27,837 nt of DNA from Bacteroidia bacterium (GTDB taxonomy: Bacteria > Bacteroidota > Bacteroidia > Palsa-965). Below, in pieces: positions 24,879 through 27,837 of this stretch. Every line of letters begins with the position of its first letter. Within the stretch, counting starts at the first letter, position 1. Under the pieces are notes generated by a model. That model ran no database searches and was not told where the DNA came from. It was given only the letters and a program-made list of their open reading frames with translations. The position numbers and the translations under genes are program-made. Where the stretch lies: NCBI GenBank assembly GCA_035999585.1, contig DASYGQ010000315.1, forward strand, positions 1 through 27,837, given 5' to 3'.

Positions 24879-25937
24879 ATGCCTGAAGATAAAATAAGAG
24901 TAGGAATTTCACAGGGTGATATCAATGGCATCGGAATGGAAGTGATCATCAAGACATTTCTGGATCCAGCCATGCTCGAAATCTGTACCCCGATTGTTTA
25001 CAGCTCTCAAAAAACGGCATCCTTTCACCGTAAGGCATTGAATATTGAAGACTTTAGCTTCAATCTGATGCGTGAAGGGGAGGAGCCGAATGAGAAGAGA
25101 GTTAATCTGCAGTCATGCTACGAGGAAGATGTTCTCATTGAGCCAGGCAACTCCACGGCACAGGGCGGTAAGTATGCTGTGCGGTCTATTGAAGCGGCCT
25201 GCGATGCGATTGAAAAGGGCCAGGTGGATGTGCTTGTGACAGCACCGATTGATAAGCACAATGTACAGGGTGAGCAGTTTAATTTTCCGGGACATACGGA
25301 GTACCTTCAGAAGCGATTCGGCAATCCCGGAGCATTGATGCTGCTCATTTCCGATACACTTAAAGTCGGGGTGGTTACCGGTCATATTCCCATCCGGGAA
25401 GTGGCAGCCTCCATTTCAGTGGATAAGGTTCTGGAGAAATTGAAAATGCTGAATGAAACCCTCATACAGGATTTTGGCATCCGGAAACCTAAAATTGCAG
25501 TGCTTGGCCTGAACCCTCATGCGGGCGATCAAGGGACAATCGGGAATGAAGATGCGGGGGTGATCACTCCTTCCCTGATTAAAGCCAAGGAATTGAATAT
25601 TATGGCTTGGGGGCCTTTTCCAGCCGATGGCTTTTTCGGTAATTCCAGCTATCAGAAATACGATGCCGTTCTGGCCATGTATCACGATCAGGGCCTTATT
25701 CCATTTAAAACAATCGCTTTTGATTCAGGAGTGAATTATACTGCCGGCCTTAAGATTGTCCGCACCTCACCTGATCACGGTACGGCCTATGATATAGCAG
25801 GCAAAAACATGGCCAGTGAAGAGTCCTTTCGCCGGGCAGTTTATGCAGCCTGTGATATTTTCAGAAAGCGGAAAGAATACCAGGAACTGACTGTTAATCC
25901 ATTGAAAATCACGCAACTGAAAAGAGAGAGAAGCTGA
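24879..25937 (+). CDS. pdxA: 4-hydroxythreonine-4-phosphate dehydrogenase
   Basis: GDINGIGMEV, TAPIDK, GHTEYL, LNPHAG, AMYHDQGLIPFK and RTSPDHGTAYDIAGK. Confidence 0.96.
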   Translation: MPEDKIRVGISQGDINGIGMEVIIKTFLDPAMLEICTPIVYSSQKTASFHRKALNIEDFSFNLMREGEEPNEKRVNLQSCYEEDVLIEPGNSTAQGGKYAVRSIEAACDAIEKGQVDVLVTAPIDKHNVQGEQFNFPGHTEYLQKRFGNPGALMLLISDTLKVGVVTGHIPIREVAASISVDKVLEKLKMLNETLIQDFGIRKPKIAVLGLNPHAGDQGTIGNEDAGVITPSLIKAKELNIMAWGPFPADGFFGNSSYQKYDAVLAMYHDQGLIPFKTIAFDSGVNYTAGLKIVRTSPDHGTAYDIAGKNMASEESFRRAVYAACDIFRKRKEYQELTVNPLKITQLKRERS

Positions 25938-26062
25938 ACTGAAAAACATTCATTTGCTTAAAACGTCGATTTGCAAGCGAAAAATCGAGGAAAAATGAAG
26001 AATTCAGATGATTTTTTTACGATTTCACTTCAAAATGCCTCAAAACATAAATTGAAGCCTGG

Positions 26063-26093
26063 TTTGGTGGTCTCCCATAAATTTTTACCTTTG
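26063..26093 (+). promoter_or_regulatory. Full-consensus Bacteroidota promoter for yceD-rpmF-plsX
   Basis: TTTG at 26063-26066, a 19-bp spacer, then TACCTTTG at 26086-26093, 20 nt before the yceD ATG. Confidence 0.8.
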
Positions 26094-26113
26094 CGTCCTT
26101 TTCCTTCAGAAAA

Positions 26114-26647
26114 ATGACTCAGGCAGATAAATATACGATCCAGTTTGCAAATCTGTCGACCGGCAAACAGGAGTTTATATTTAAGGTGAAGGATTCGTTC
26201 TTTGAGCAGTTTGAAAATTCAGAAATCAGAAAAGGCAGTTTTACAGTTCAGATTGAACTGCAAAAACAAACGACGATGCTTTTGCTGGGATTTAAGATCA
26301 AAGGGAAAGCTGTTGTTGAATGTGACCGTTGCGGAGATGAATTTCCTTTATCCCTGACCGGTGAACAACACCTGATCGTAAAAATAGGCGGAGAGGATAT
26401 GGACGACAACGACGAAATTGTTTCTGTTCCGTCATCCTCCAATGAAATGGATGTTACTCAGTTTATATATGAGTACATTATTCTGTCGTTGCCTTTGCGC
26501 AGGACACATCCCGGAAAAAAAGGGAAAAATGCCTGTAATCCGGAGGTGATTAAGAAACTGGAAGCGATTCTGACCCACAAAGAGGAGGAATCGGGACCGG
26601 CGGAAGATCCGCGCTGGATGGCCCTTAAGAATATCAAACTGTCGTGA
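26114..26647 (+). CDS. yceD: YceD/DUF177 family protein
   Basis: VECDRC, QFIYEYIILSLP and DPRWMALK. Directly upstream of rpmF, which is the conserved context. Confidence 0.92.
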   Translation: MTQADKYTIQFANLSTGKQEFIFKVKDSFFEQFENSEIRKGSFTVQIELQKQTTMLLLGFKIKGKAVVECDRCGDEFPLSLTGEQHLIVKIGGEDMDDNDEIVSVPSSSNEMDVTQFIYEYIILSLPLRRTHPGKKGKNACNPEVIKKLEAILTHKEEESGPAEDPRWMALKNIKLS

Positions 26648-26706
26648 AAGAGTATCATTAATTAGAATATCCAATACAGAGTATATTAACTTAAAACTAC
26701 CATACA

Positions 26707-26892
26707 ATGCCAAATCCTAAACACAGACACTCCAAGAGCAGGAGCGCAAAGAGAAGAACCCATTACAAAGCGACTGCTCCTACAATCAGCACTTGCTCGA
26801 ATTGCGGTGCCCCTGTGCTTTACCACCGCGTTTGCGGGGAGTGCGGTTACTACCGCGGTAAGCAAGCTATAGAGAAATCAGTTACTGCTTAA
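26707..26892 (+). CDS. rpmF: 50S ribosomal protein L32 (zinc-ribbon, Cys-containing form)
   Basis: MPNPKHRHSKSRSAKRRTHYK...CSNCG...HRVCGECGYYRG. Confidence 0.97.
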   Translation: MPNPKHRHSKSRSAKRRTHYKATAPTISTCSNCGAPVLYHRVCGECGYYRGKQAIEKSVTA

Positions 26893-26904
26893 GGCAATAA
26901 GATG

Positions 26905-26955
26905 AAAGGAATCAGGAAGATCGGTACCATACTTGAAATTTCTGATTTCTTTTTT
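26905..26955 (+). terminator. Hairpin plus T-tract between rpmF and plsX
   Basis: AAAGGAATCAGGAA (26905-26918) pairs with TTTCTGATTTCTTT (26939-26952): 14 bp with two G-U pairs and a 20-nt loop, running into T6. Confidence 0.4.
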
Positions 26956-27002
26956 CAACCCCTTGTGCCATTGTTTCATCCCACATATTCAGACATTCGC
27001 TT

Positions 27003-27837
27003 ATGAATATAGCGATTGACATTATGGGCGGCGACCATGCCCCGCGGGCAACCGTTGAAGGCGCAGTCCTAGCCCAGAAAGAATTGCCTGCTCATGTGAA
27101 GCTGATCCTTATCGGCGACCAGGATCAGATTATTCCCTTGTTGAAAGAGTTTCGCGCTGAACCTTCTTCCTTCGAGATTATACATACCACCGAAGTGATT
27201 GGTATGGGTGAGCATCCCACCAAAGCATTTTCCCAAAAACCTAAATCGAGCATCGCCATCGGATTTCACCTTCTGAAAGAAGGGAAAGCGGATGCATTTG
27301 CAAGCAACGGCAATACAGGAGCCATGCTTGTCGGATCGATGTATACGGTAAAAACCATTGCCGGTGTTATCAGGCCTTGCATTACCTCTGTTCTGCCCAA
27401 GGAGAATGGAGGATTTGGTTTGATCCTCGATGTCGGAACCAATGCCGATTGCAAACCCGATGTGCTTTATCAGTTTGGAATACTTGGTTCCCTTTGCGCC
27501 GAATATGTTTATGGCATCAAAACACCCCGGGTAGGCCTTCTCAATATTGGGGAAGAACCGGAGAAAGGAAACCTGGTGACACAGGCCGCACATGCCATGA
27601 TGAAGGATACGAAGGATTTCAATTTCATTGGAAATGTGGAAGGCCGCGATCTTTTTGATGAGAAGGTAGATGTGATTGTTTGCGATGGTTTTACCGGGAA
27701 CGTAGTCTTGAAATCAGCAGAAGCTTTTTATACAATCCTGAAAAGAAGAAAACTGACGGATGATTATTTTGACCGCTTTAATTATGAGAACTATGGGGGA
27801 ACACCTGTTCTGGGAGTCAATTCGAATGTGATTATCG
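27003..27837 (+). CDS. plsX: Phosphate acyltransferase PlsX, 3' end outside the window (not in the ORF track)
   Basis: Manual translation from the ATG at 27003 gives MNIAIDIMGGDHAP..., later ASNGNTGAM, LDVGTNAD, GNVEGRD and CDGFTGNVVLK. No stop codon before the window end. Confidence 0.95.
   Translation, partial: MNIAIDIMGGDHAPRATVEGAVLAQKELPAHVKLILIGDQDQIIPLLKEFRAEPSSFEIIHTTEVIGMGEHPTKAFSQKPKSSIAIGFHLLKEGKADAFASNGNTGAMLVGSMYTVKTIAGVIRPCITSVLPKENGGFGLILDVGTNADCKPDVLYQFGILGSLCAEYVYGIKTPRVGLLNIGEEPEKGNLVTQAAHAMMKDTKDFNFIGNVEGRDLFDEKVDVIVCDGFTGNVVLKSAEAFYTILKRRKLTDDYFDRFNYENYGGTPVLGVNSNVII

Overview
A mostly core-genome window from a Bacteroidota chromosome. The assignment rests on TAnnTTTG-type -7 promoter elements, T9SS/gliding genes and the gene order. 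Left to right: the 5' end of the F0F1 ATP synthase operon on the minus strand (atpE partial, atpB, an AtpI-like gene, an AtpZ/AtpI-family gene), preceded by a bactofilin and the T9SS lipoprotein SprE/PorW; a TraB/GumN protein; holB; a ~1.09 kb apparent insert (AT-rich remnant, orphan XRE HTH gene, non-coding ~21-bp higher-order palindromic repeat array); ricT-gldH-class A PBP; scoA/scoB; a DUF6799-like protein; two divergent GT-C-like membrane proteins; riboflavin synthase; a Cys-rich T9SS type-B-CTD cargo protein; mqnC; pepA; pdxA; yceD-rpmF-plsX (partial). I found no rRNA, tRNA, CRISPR array, transposase or integrase. The best novelty candidate is the XRE gene plus repeat array between holB and ricT (7624-8710). 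Next are the low-complexity NRPP-repeat tail of RicT and the divergent GT-C pair. All family assignments come from motif recognition by eye; no database search was run.
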